In this document: positions 48,414 to 56,773 of the stretch, one piece after another | Numbering within the stretch: position 1 is the stretch's first letter | Layout of the letters: each line of letters starts with the position of its first letter | Origin: Candidatus Woesearchaeota archaeon | GTDB taxonomy: Archaea > Nanobdellota > Nanobdellia > Woesearchaeales > JAGLXL01 | NCBI GenBank assembly: GCA_030640025.1 | Contig: DAOWKC010000002.1 | Span: forward strand, 68,029 to 132,028 | Direction of reading: 5' to 3' | DNA: 64,000 nt | Notes under the pieces: generated by a model | Databases searched by the model: none | Seen by the model: only the letters and a program-made list of their open reading frames with translations | What the model was told of the DNA's origin: nothing | Translations under genes and position numbers: made by a program

Positions 48414-49076
48414 CTATTTCCTTTTAGAAAAAATAAACAATTTTCTGGGAGATTTAGTCAAAATTTGGGTTTTTTTGCCTAAGTAGACAGTATCTTCAAT
48501 GCGGATGCCAAAGTTATTTTTCTTGTAAAGGCCTGGTTCAATGGTAATAATGTCGCCGAATTTGGCTTTGTCTTTGGAATGTGGTGAGATTTTGGGTTTT
48601 TGGTGGATTTTGCGGCCAAGGCCATGGCCTAGGGTGTGTTTGAAGTATTTTTGATATGGTTGAAGCTGGGTTCGAGCATAAATATCGAGATCTTTGTAAG
48701 GTTGACCAATTTTGATTCTTTTAAGGCAGTTTTGTTGGGTTTTAAGGACTAGGTTGTAAAGTTTTAGGTCTTGTTTTTTTGGTTTTCCAATAAAGAGGGT
48801 TCTGGTCATGTCGGAACAAAAACCTTTGTATTTGACGCCAAAATCGATGATAGTAAAGCCAGAAAGTTTGTGTTTTTTAGGGTAATGATGGATATGGTGG
48901 TGGTTGCGTTCAGAAGCAACAATCATAGGAAAGGCTGGTTTAAGGCTTTTTTTTTTGATTTCGTTTAAAATAAAATCAGCTACTTCTATTTCGGTTTTAA
49001 AATGAAAGTTTTTGATAAGTTTATTAAAAATTTGGTCTGTTGCTTGGCAGGCTTTTTTAACATATTTAAGCTTCAT
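48414..49076 (-). CDS. M24 Xaa-Pro peptidase, catalytic domain only
   Basis: IDFG, SDMTRT, HTLGHGLG, TIEPGLY, GIRIED. Confidence 0.9.
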   Translation of the reverse strand: MKLKYVKKACQATDQIFNKLIKNFHFKTEIEVADFILNEIKKKSLKPAFPMIVASERNHHHIHHYPKKHKLSGFTIIDFGVKYKGFCSDMTRTLFIGKPKKQDLKLYNLVLKTQQNCLKRIKIGQPYKDLDIYARTQLQPYQKYFKHTLGHGLGRKIHQKPKISPHSKDKAKFGDIITIEPGLYKKNNFGIRIEDTVYLGKKTQILTKSPRKLFIFSKRK

Positions 49077-49118
49077 ATTTCCGATAAGATTATAAAAGTT
49101 AATAACTTTTTCTAAAGG

Positions 49119-50327
49119 ATGCAAAAGTTCAAGTTAAAGAACGGTCTGACAGTAGTTTATGTCAAAAAACCTGGGGCTTCGGTAGCTGTTGAAGTTTTAG
49201 TCAAAGTGGGTTCTAATAATGAGAAAAATGATGTATTGGGGGTATCACATTTTATTGAACATATGGTTTTTGAGGCGACCAAGAAAAAAAGCAGCAGCAG
49301 GGAAATTGCCAATCAAATAGAAGGGGTTGGCGGTGAATTAAATGCCTATACTTCCAACGAAAGGACGTGTTATTATGTTAAGATTCCTAAGAAATATTTT
49401 GACAGGGCTTTGAATGTGCTTAGTGATATTTTACAGAACCCTTTGTTTAGAGAGGAAGATATCAAAAAACAAATGAAAATTATTTTGAAAGAAGTGGGTC
49501 TAGTTACAGATGAACCAAGATTTCATCAGTGGATTTTGTTCAGCAAGGTTTTGTTTAAGAAGCATCCAGCAAAAAATCCAGCTTATGGAACTATAGAGAC
49601 AGTCAAATCAATGACTAAAAAACAAATCTTAGATTATTATAAAAAATATTACCAGCCAAACAACATGGTTGTTTCAGTGGTGGGTGAAGTGAAGAATTTG
49701 AAGAAGAAATTAGAAAATAAATTTGTAATGGGAAAAGGTAAAGGTATAAAAGAAATAATTGTGAAAGAACCAAGGCAGAAAAAAATAAGAGTAATCAAAG
49801 AAAGGAGAAAGATAGCTAATACCTATATGGTTTTTGGTTATCAAACAGCAACCAGAAACCGAAAAGATAGTTATGTTTTGGATGTGATTGATGCAATTTT
49901 AGGGAGAGGACAAAGCGGCTGGATGTTTGATACCATTAGGTCGCAGTATGGTTTGGCTTATGAGGTGGGTGTGCAGCATGTGGCTGAAAATGAGTATGGG
50001 TTTTTTGGTGTTCACTTAAGCACTGACAAGAAGAAGATTGATTTAGTCAAGAAATTGATTTTTGAAGTTTTTGAGCGGTTGAAAAATATTTCTGAAGATG
50101 ATCTAAAGGAAGCTAAAGAATATCTAGAAGGTAATTTTTTATTAGAGAATGAGGACACACAAAAGACAGCAGACAATTTAGTTAATTGGGAGCAGTTGAC
50201 TAAAGCAGAAGATTTTTTTAATTATATCAAAAAGATTAGGAAGATCAGCAGAAATGACATTAAAAAAGTGGTTGAAAAATATTTTACTAAGAATTATTGT
50301 TTGGCTGTGGTAGAAGGACAAGCATAA
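49119..50327 (+). CDS. M16 family zinc peptidase
   Basis: HFIEH, NAYTS, GLAY. Confidence 0.93.
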   Translation: MQKFKLKNGLTVVYVKKPGASVAVEVLVKVGSNNEKNDVLGVSHFIEHMVFEATKKKSSSREIANQIEGVGGELNAYTSNERTCYYVKIPKKYFDRALNVLSDILQNPLFREEDIKKQMKIILKEVGLVTDEPRFHQWILFSKVLFKKHPAKNPAYGTIETVKSMTKKQILDYYKKYYQPNNMVVSVVGEVKNLKKKLENKFVMGKGKGIKEIIVKEPRQKKIRVIKERRKIANTYMVFGYQTATRNRKDSYVLDVIDAILGRGQSGWMFDTIRSQYGLAYEVGVQHVAENEYGFFGVHLSTDKKKIDLVKKLIFEVFERLKNISEDDLKEAKEYLEGNFLLENEDTQKTADNLVNWEQLTKAEDFFNYIKKIRKISRNDIKKVVEKYFTKNYCLAVVEGQA

Positions 50328-51337
50328 GCTGCTTTGGAAAGTTTTTCTAATTCTGTTTTTTTGTCTTGGAAAGGTTTGAGGAGTAAGTTGATTTCTTTGG
50401 CCAAGGCAATTTTGAGATCGAGTGGGTGGAGTTGTTTGGCTTTGTAATCTTTTTCTAATTCCAGGTGGGTTTTATAGGTTAAATTGCCACCCCATTTTTC
50501 TGGGCGTTCGATGGTGAATTTTTTATTTTGGTCTTGTTTGATGACCATAATGACGTGTTCGAGGAAGGCCAGAACGCCATTTTCTTCGATGACGCCTTCT
50601 TTACAATAGGCGCTTTTGATTTTATTTTGGACTGTTTTTTCGTCATCTAAGAGGTCTATTTTTGATTTTGGGTCTGAGGCAGACATTTTCTTGCCGATTA
50701 ATCCTGGGATTAAAGGGGTCATAACTTCGATCCTGGGTTTGTAGCCAATTTTGGGGTGGTTTTCTCTGGCAAACATAAGAATTTTTCTTTGGTCGAGGCC
50801 GCCATATTGGATGTCAACGCCGAGGTATTCTTCGTCTAGCATTTGCATGATGGGGTAGATGAGGCCGGCTAGTTTGGGGTTGTCTCCAAACTTAACTACT
50901 TCGGCAGCAGCGCGTTTGCAGTCATTGATTGAAGTTTGGGTAGAGACTCTTAAAACATCGTAGAAGTAATCGGCATTTTTTTGGAATTTTGAACCTTTAA
51001 CCATTTCAAAATTTTTAATGTCAGCGCCAATAGCTTTGAACATTAAAGGGATAACTTTTTCATAATATTTGAAACGCTTTTCTAATAAGTCCCAAGGAGT
51101 GCCGTCTAATGCACCATGGAAATCAGCTAAAAGAAGTTTAACTTTAAAGCCAGCTTTGAGAAAGTCAGCTAGTTTGAGGACCCAGAGAAAGTAGCCGAGG
51201 TGTGGTCTTCCGGTTATAGCGGTTCCTAAGTAGACAGCTGGTTTTTTCTTTTCTTTGAAGAGTTTTTTGAGTTCATCTTCAGTGACGATTTCGACTGTAT
51301 TACGTTTGATGAGATTGAATTTTTCTTCTGGTGTCAT
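50294..51337 (-). CDS. tyrS: tyrosine--tRNA ligase
   Basis: HLGY, YPIMQ, GGLDQRK, KMSAS. Confidence 0.97.
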   Translation of the reverse strand: MTPEEKFNLIKRNTVEIVTEDELKKLFKEKKKPAVYLGTAITGRPHLGYFLWVLKLADFLKAGFKVKLLLADFHGALDGTPWDLLEKRFKYYEKVIPLMFKAIGADIKNFEMVKGSKFQKNADYFYDVLRVSTQTSINDCKRAAAEVVKFGDNPKLAGLIYPIMQMLDEEYLGVDIQYGGLDQRKILMFARENHPKIGYKPRIEVMTPLIPGLIGKKMSASDPKSKIDLLDDEKTVQNKIKSAYCKEGVIEENGVLAFLEHVIMVIKQDQNKKFTIERPEKWGGNLTYKTHLELEKDYKAKQLHPLDLKIALAKEINLLLKPFQDKKTELEKLSKAAYACPSTTAKQ

Positions 51338-51372
51338 AATACGGTAGAAAAGAACAGGATATAAAAAAGTTA

Positions 51373-51426
51373 TGGAAATTATTGGAAATTTCCAAACTTA
51401 AAAATTAAAAATTTTGTAAGTTTTGG
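51373..51426. repeat. double-hairpin element between tyrS and rnz promoters
   Basis: GGAAATT..AATTTCC plus AAACTTAAAAATT-AAA-AATTTTGTAAGTTT. Confidence 0.55.
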
Positions 51427-51465
51427 TGGGAAAGATTAATAAATTGATATGGTTTAATTTAGGTC

Positions 51466-52356
51466 ATGCAAATACAATTTTTAGGGACTGGGTGTATGAT
51501 GCCAACCAAAACAAGGAATTTGGCAGGAGTTTTACTTAGTTATAAGGCTGAAAATATTATATTTGATTGCGGCGAAGGAACTCAAAGGCAGTTAAAGATT
51601 GCTGGAGTGAAGCCAGGGAAAATTACTAAAATTTTAATCAGCCATTGGCATGGTGATCATGTTTTGGGTTTACCGGGTTTGCTGCAGACTTTTTCAGCGA
51701 GTGAATACCAAGGTGTTTTGGAGATTTTTGGGCCCCTAGGCAGTAAGAAGTTTTTTGAACACATGATGAAAGGTTTTGCAGTCAAGGAAATAGTTGATTA
51801 TAGACTGACTGAGGTTGAATCTGGGAAGTTTTTTGAAAATGATGATTTTTATTTAGAAGCCTTGCCAATGAAACACGGGGCGCCTTGTTTGGGTTATGCT
51901 TTTATTGAAAAGAACAGAAGAAGAATTGAAATGAAAAAGGCGCGGAAGCTTGGTTTGAAAGAAGGGCCTGTTTTGGGGAAGTTGCAGAGGGGGCAGACAG
52001 TTAGTTTTAAAGGGAAGAAAATCAAGCCAGATGATGTTGGTTTTGTGGTTGGTGGGAGCAAGGTGGTTTATATTACTGATACAGAGCCATGCAGCAATGC
52101 AGTGAAGTTAGCTCAAGACGCTGATCTTTTGATTATGGAAGCGACTTATGCTTCTGATTTGCAAGCCAAGGCTGATGAATATGGTCATTTGACTGCTAAG
52201 GATTCTGGTATGATTGCAAATCAAGCTGGTGTTAAGAAATTAGTTTTGACGCATTTTTCACAGAGATATAAAAGTGGAAAGATTTTAGAAGAGGATGCAC
52301 GGCAAGTGTTTGATAATACTGAGGCGGCTGAAGATTTTATGAAGATTAGGTTATAA
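51466..52356 (+). CDS. rnz: ribonuclease Z
   Basis: FLGTG, DCGEGTQ, SHWHGDH, THFSQRY. Confidence 0.97.
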   Translation: MQIQFLGTGCMMPTKTRNLAGVLLSYKAENIIFDCGEGTQRQLKIAGVKPGKITKILISHWHGDHVLGLPGLLQTFSASEYQGVLEIFGPLGSKKFFEHMMKGFAVKEIVDYRLTEVESGKFFENDDFYLEALPMKHGAPCLGYAFIEKNRRRIEMKKARKLGLKEGPVLGKLQRGQTVSFKGKKIKPDDVGFVVGGSKVVYITDTEPCSNAVKLAQDADLLIMEATYASDLQAKADEYGHLTAKDSGMIANQAGVKKLVLTHFSQRYKSGKILEEDARQVFDNTEAAEDFMKIRL

Positions 52357-52415
52357 CACGAGAAAACGCAAGGTATTTTCAGTGTGCCAAAATTCATGAG
52401 GTGAATTTTAAGCAT
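52357..52415. repeat. double-hairpin element carrying SD of hjc
   Basis: CAC..GAAAA/TTTTC..GTG plus TGCCAAAATTCA-TGAGG-TGAATTTTAAGCA. Confidence 0.65.
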
Positions 52416-52806
52416 GTCACGCAAATCCAAAGGTATTAACGCAGAAAGGGAATTGGTTCATTTATTCCAGCAAAATGGGTGGAGTTCAGTTCGGATTGCT
52501 GGAAGCGGGAGTTCTAAGTATCCTAGTCCAGATGTTTTGGCAAGCAATGCTTTGAGGAGAGTGGCAATTGAATGCAAAACATTAACAAGAACTAAGAAGT
52601 ACTTTTCTAGTGAGGATATTGAGCAGTTAAAGGAATTTTCACGTAAATTTGGCACAGAAAGCTGGATAGGAATTAGATTTAAGGGAATGCCTTGGTATTT
52701 CTTGAGTTTGGAGGATTTGGAGGTCACAGGTAAAAATATGGCTATTTCTGTTGTTTTAGCTCAAAGAAAAGGTCTGAAATTCGAAGAATTGATTGAAAGG
52801 TGTTGA
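52414..52806 (+). CDS. hjc: Holliday junction resolvase Hjc
   Basis: KG..AERELV, R.AGSG, PDVLA, IECK. Confidence 0.95.
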   Translation: MSRKSKGINAERELVHLFQQNGWSSVRIAGSGSSKYPSPDVLASNALRRVAIECKTLTRTKKYFSSEDIEQLKEFSRKFGTESWIGIRFKGMPWYFLSLEDLEVTGKNMAISVVLAQRKGLKFEELIERC

Positions 52807-52861
52807 GCGAAAGTTTTAAAAAGGTGTTGTTACGTAATATGGGGTTTGTTTAGGAGAAAAC

Positions 52862-53368
52862 ATGAGATTAACAGAAAAAAAGATTGAAGAAGTCGTTAAA
52901 TACGCAGTTGGCAATGATGTGCTTAAATTGGTTAAAAAATTGTCTAAAAAGGACAATATTTCTGAATTTAAGCTGGCTGATCAACTTAAAGAAGATATTA
53001 AGAGAGTCAGGAACATGCTTTATCGTCTTTATGAGTTAAATTTGGTTTCTTTTAACAGGAAAAAGGACAAGAAAAAAGGATGGTATATTTATTCTTGGAC
53101 ATTTAAAAAAGACCAGATTAAGTATTTATATCACAAAATAAAGAAAGAGAGGCTGGATAAGCTGCAAGAAACATTAGAATACGAGCAAAAAGAACAATAT
53201 TTTATCTGCCCTGACAATTGTGTGAGGTTAAATTTTGATCAAGCTGTTAATTTTGAATTTAGATGTCCTGAATGTAATAAATTAGTTTCACAAGAGGATT
53301 TAAGCAAAAGAATTGAGGAAATCAAAAAAGAAGTTAAAGAATTGAAAAAAGAATTGGCAAAAATCTAA
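52862..53368 (+). CDS. tfe: transcription factor E alpha
   Basis: wHTH, GWYIYSW, CP..C...FRCPEC. Confidence 0.93.
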   Translation: MRLTEKKIEEVVKYAVGNDVLKLVKKLSKKDNISEFKLADQLKEDIKRVRNMLYRLYELNLVSFNRKKDKKKGWYIYSWTFKKDQIKYLYHKIKKERLDKLQETLEYEQKEQYFICPDNCVRLNFDQAVNFEFRCPECNKLVSQEDLSKRIEEIKKEVKELKKELAKI

Positions 53369-53369
53369 A

Positions 53370-53558
53370 TTAACGTTTTCTTTTGGATAATATCTTTTTC
53401 TCGGTTTTGAGGACTTGCCGAGTCATTTTTTGGAGGTTTTCTTCCATGCCAGCAATTCTTCTTTCTAAAACAACCAAAACCCTTAAAGAATAAACAATAG
53501 CAGCGAGAGTGCCAATAATAATCGCTAAGGTAAATTCAGCAACAGATAAGCCAACCAT
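53370..53558 (-). CDS. small single-TM protein
   Basis: GAGGTGA SD; IIIGTLAAIVYSLR followed by coiled coil. Confidence 0.7.
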   Translation of the reverse strand: MVGLSVAEFTLAIIIGTLAAIVYSLRVLVVLERRIAGMEENLQKMTRQVLKTEKKILSKRKR

Positions 53559-53569
53559 TTTTTTCACCT

Positions 53570-54010
53570 CTATTTGAAATTTAGTAATAAGTTAAGTATA
53601 ATTAAAATCTATTTAAATGTTTTTGTTGTTTGTTTTGGTGTTTGGGTTGAATTTAAGTTAAAATAGTGTGAGACCTTGGTTTCCTGTGGAGATTTTGGTT
53701 GTGGTTGGGTTTGGTGTGGGGTTTTTTGTTTTATTTATATTATAAAATGGTTATTTTATATTATATATATTACAGTAAATAAAAACATTGTATTATTATA
53801 TTATTTACTATATTGAAAATAATTATATAATATGATATATCGTCGATAAAAATTTTTATTTGTTTATTTAAAAATGTATTTTAGATTATATATTTTCTAA
53901 TATGGTTTTGAAGATTTTCATTTTTCAAATTGAAATAATTTATAAAGAAGGCGGTATTCCAAAAAAACAAAGGAAGTTCCATAAGAAAGGTTAGGGTCAG
54001 CCCGGGGGAA
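53570..54010. other. cdc6-adjacent AT-rich intergenic region, candidate replication origin
   Basis: Very AT-rich 53730-53900; ORB-like TTCCTGTGGAGAT at 53681-53693; G/T tract. Confidence 0.45.
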
Positions 54011-54020
54011 GGTGTTTGAA

Positions 54021-55223
54021 ATGAAGAAGTTCAACAGGTTTTTTGACGAGTTTTTAAAAAAAGAACCTTTATTCTTGAATAAAGAGGTTTTGCAATCGTT
54101 TTATACTCCTGATGACATCTCTCACAGGGACAGCCAAATTAAGGAAGTGGCCAATGTTCTGGCTCCGGCCCTGAGAATGGAAAGTCCTTCTAATCTTTTT
54201 ATTTACGGCAAAACCGGTTCTGGAAAAACATTGGTGACTAGATATGTGACAAGTTTAATGAAAAAAACAGCTGAAAAAAACAAAATCAATTTGAAGGTTT
54301 TTTATTTGAACTGTAAATTAAAAAAAGTGGCTGACACAGAATACCGCTTGATGGCGCAGTTAGCTAAAGAATTTGGCAAGGCGGTGCCTTCAACCGGCCT
54401 GCCGACAGACGAGGTTTATACCATCTTTTATGAAGCGCTTGACAGCCAAGAACAATTGTTTATTTTAATTCTCGATGAGATAGACCAATTAGTTAAAAAA
54501 GCTGGTGATGACATTCTTTATAATTTAACCAGAATCAACGCCGAATTAAAGAAATCAAAACTATCAATTATTGGAATTTCTAATGATTTGGTTTTTGTTG
54601 ATAGTTTAGATCCTAGAGTAAAAAGCAGTCTGTCTGAAGAAGAAGTCTTATTCCCCCCTTACAATGCTTTACAAATCCAGGACATTCTCAAAAAAAGATC
54701 AACCAAAGCATTCAAAAAAAATACTGTGGCTGCTGGAGTGATTGAAAAATGTTCAGCTTACGCGGCAAGAGAACACGGTGACGCCAGAAGAGCCTTAGAA
54801 TTAATGAGGGTGGCTGGTGAATTAGCAGAAAGACAATGCTTGGAAAAAATTGAGATAAAACATATTGATGAGGCAGAAGAGAAAATCGAAAGGGACAGGG
54901 TTTTGGACATTACTCTGAATCAACCCAAACAATTTCAAGTAGTACTCTATGCGATTGTTTTACTTTCTGAAAAAAGGAGAAATATTTTCACAGGAGAGAT
55001 TTATGAAATTTACAAAAAAATCTGTTCTGAGATTAAATTAAGGCCTTTGACACAGAGAAGAGTTTCAGATATGCTGGCAGAATTAGATATGATGGGGATT
55101 ATTAATGCTAAAATAATTTCCAAAGGCAGATACGGGAGAACAAGAGAAATTACTTTGTCAATTGCTCAGTCAACTATCCCAAAGATCAAAGAAGTTCTGG
55201 ATAAGTCTTTTGGTTTAAAATAA
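54021..55223 (+). CDS. cdc6: Orc1/Cdc6 replication initiator
   Basis: GKTGSGKT, LDEID, GDARRAL, GRYGRT. Confidence 0.97.
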   Translation: MKKFNRFFDEFLKKEPLFLNKEVLQSFYTPDDISHRDSQIKEVANVLAPALRMESPSNLFIYGKTGSGKTLVTRYVTSLMKKTAEKNKINLKVFYLNCKLKKVADTEYRLMAQLAKEFGKAVPSTGLPTDEVYTIFYEALDSQEQLFILILDEIDQLVKKAGDDILYNLTRINAELKKSKLSIIGISNDLVFVDSLDPRVKSSLSEEEVLFPPYNALQIQDILKKRSTKAFKKNTVAAGVIEKCSAYAAREHGDARRALELMRVAGELAERQCLEKIEIKHIDEAEEKIERDRVLDITLNQPKQFQVVLYAIVLLSEKRRNIFTGEIYEIYKKICSEIKLRPLTQRRVSDMLAELDMMGIINAKIISKGRYGRTREITLSIAQSTIPKIKEVLDKSFGLK

Positions 55224-55225
55224 AA

Positions 55226-56770
55226 ATGATTACTCAGGAAGTGATAGGGGATTTGTTTAAGAAAAAGATATTGTTAAGCAGAGATATTTCACAGGGTAGG
55301 TTGAGTTTTAAAGAGTTATCAATCATAGAAATCCCCGATAATTTTTTAGTCTTAAATAAAGACAATTTTTCTTTGTTAAAGAGAGACAAGACAATTAACT
55401 GGCAAAGTTTTGACGGCTTAAGGACGAGCTTTGAATTGGGAAATGAGGACGATTATTTAAATTTTTTATCTAGTTTAGAAGAAGAGAAAATTGAAGTGAT
55501 TAAAGATTCTAATTCTCGAGTTGATGTTATCCAAATGTATAAAAAAAAGACTAAAAAATATGAAGTGCAGGATTTTGTGAGATATTTTATCAAGCGTTAT
55601 AAAGGAATTGAAGCGATTTTAAGGAACAGGCAGGAGTTACAGGAAGTAATTTCAATTAATCGTCTGCTACAGAAGAGAGAAAAAGAAAATGTTTCAATTA
55701 TTGGTTTGGTGTCAGAAAAAAATATAACCAAGAACGGCAATGTTTTATTGAAGATTGAGGATTTGACTGGTTTGATTAATGTTTTAGTGAGCAAAAATAA
55801 AGGAGAGCTCTTCCAGCAAGCTAAAAATATCGTCCTTGATGAAGTAATTGGAGTGGTGGGTGTTTGCGGCGACAAAATTGTTTTTGTTAATTCAGTAATC
55901 TGGCCAGATATACCTTTGACTCAAGAATTAAAAAAAGCACAAGAGGATGTTTTTGTTTTGGTCTTATCTGATTTGCATGTGGGTTCGACTAATTTTTTAC
56001 CAGAAGAATTTAACCGTTTTTTGAAATGGATCAGAGGGGAGATGGGTGATGAAAAACAAAAAGAACTGGCCAGCAAGGTAAAATATATTTTTATTTGTGG
56101 TGATTTGGTTGATGGTGTGGGAATTTATCCAAACCAAGATTCTGAATTGGTGATCAAGGATATTTACCAACAATATGAGGAATGCGCCAGGTTGTTGAAA
56201 CAGATTCCTTCTCAGATTAAATTGATTATTGGTCCGGGAAATCACGATGCTTTGCGACTGGCTGAGCCACAGCCAGAACTGCCTAAGGATTTTGCCAAGG
56301 CACTTTATGAACTGCCAAATGCAACCTTTATCAGTAATCCAGCAACAGTAAAGATCCATGAGCAAGAAGGTTTTAGTGGTTTTGATGTCTTGGTTTATCA
56401 CGGCTATAGTTTTGATTTTTATTATACTGAAGTTGAAAGTTTAAGGATGGGTGGAGCAATGGACAAACCTTATTTAATCACTAAATTTTTATTGAAGAGG
56501 AGACATCTAGCGCCGACACATACTTCAACTCTTTATATTCCTGATATTGAGGAAGACCCATTGATTATCAACAAGTTGCCTGATTTTATTTTGACCGGCC
56601 ACATCCATAAACCAGGGGTGGCTAATTACAAAAATATCACAATTGTAGCAGGCAGCTGCTGGCAAAGCAAAACAAGTTTTCAAGAAAAAGTAGGGCATGA
56701 GCCAGAGCCAGGTAAGGTACCTTTAATTAATTTGAAAACACGAGAAATTAAAATTTTAAAATTTATGTAA
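55226..56770 (+). CDS. polB: DNA polymerase D small subunit DP1
   Basis: SDLHVGS, GDLVDG, GNHD, RRHLAP, GHIH. Confidence 0.96.
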   Translation: MITQEVIGDLFKKKILLSRDISQGRLSFKELSIIEIPDNFLVLNKDNFSLLKRDKTINWQSFDGLRTSFELGNEDDYLNFLSSLEEEKIEVIKDSNSRVDVIQMYKKKTKKYEVQDFVRYFIKRYKGIEAILRNRQELQEVISINRLLQKREKENVSIIGLVSEKNITKNGNVLLKIEDLTGLINVLVSKNKGELFQQAKNIVLDEVIGVVGVCGDKIVFVNSVIWPDIPLTQELKKAQEDVFVLVLSDLHVGSTNFLPEEFNRFLKWIRGEMGDEKQKELASKVKYIFICGDLVDGVGIYPNQDSELVIKDIYQQYEECARLLKQIPSQIKLIIGPGNHDALRLAEPQPELPKDFAKALYELPNATFISNPATVKIHEQEGFSGFDVLVYHGYSFDFYYTEVESLRMGGAMDKPYLITKFLLKRRHLAPTHTSTLYIPDIEEDPLIINKLPDFILTGHIHKPGVANYKNITIVAGSCWQSKTSFQEKVGHEPEPGKVPLINLKTREIKILKFM

Positions 56771-56773
56771 AAA

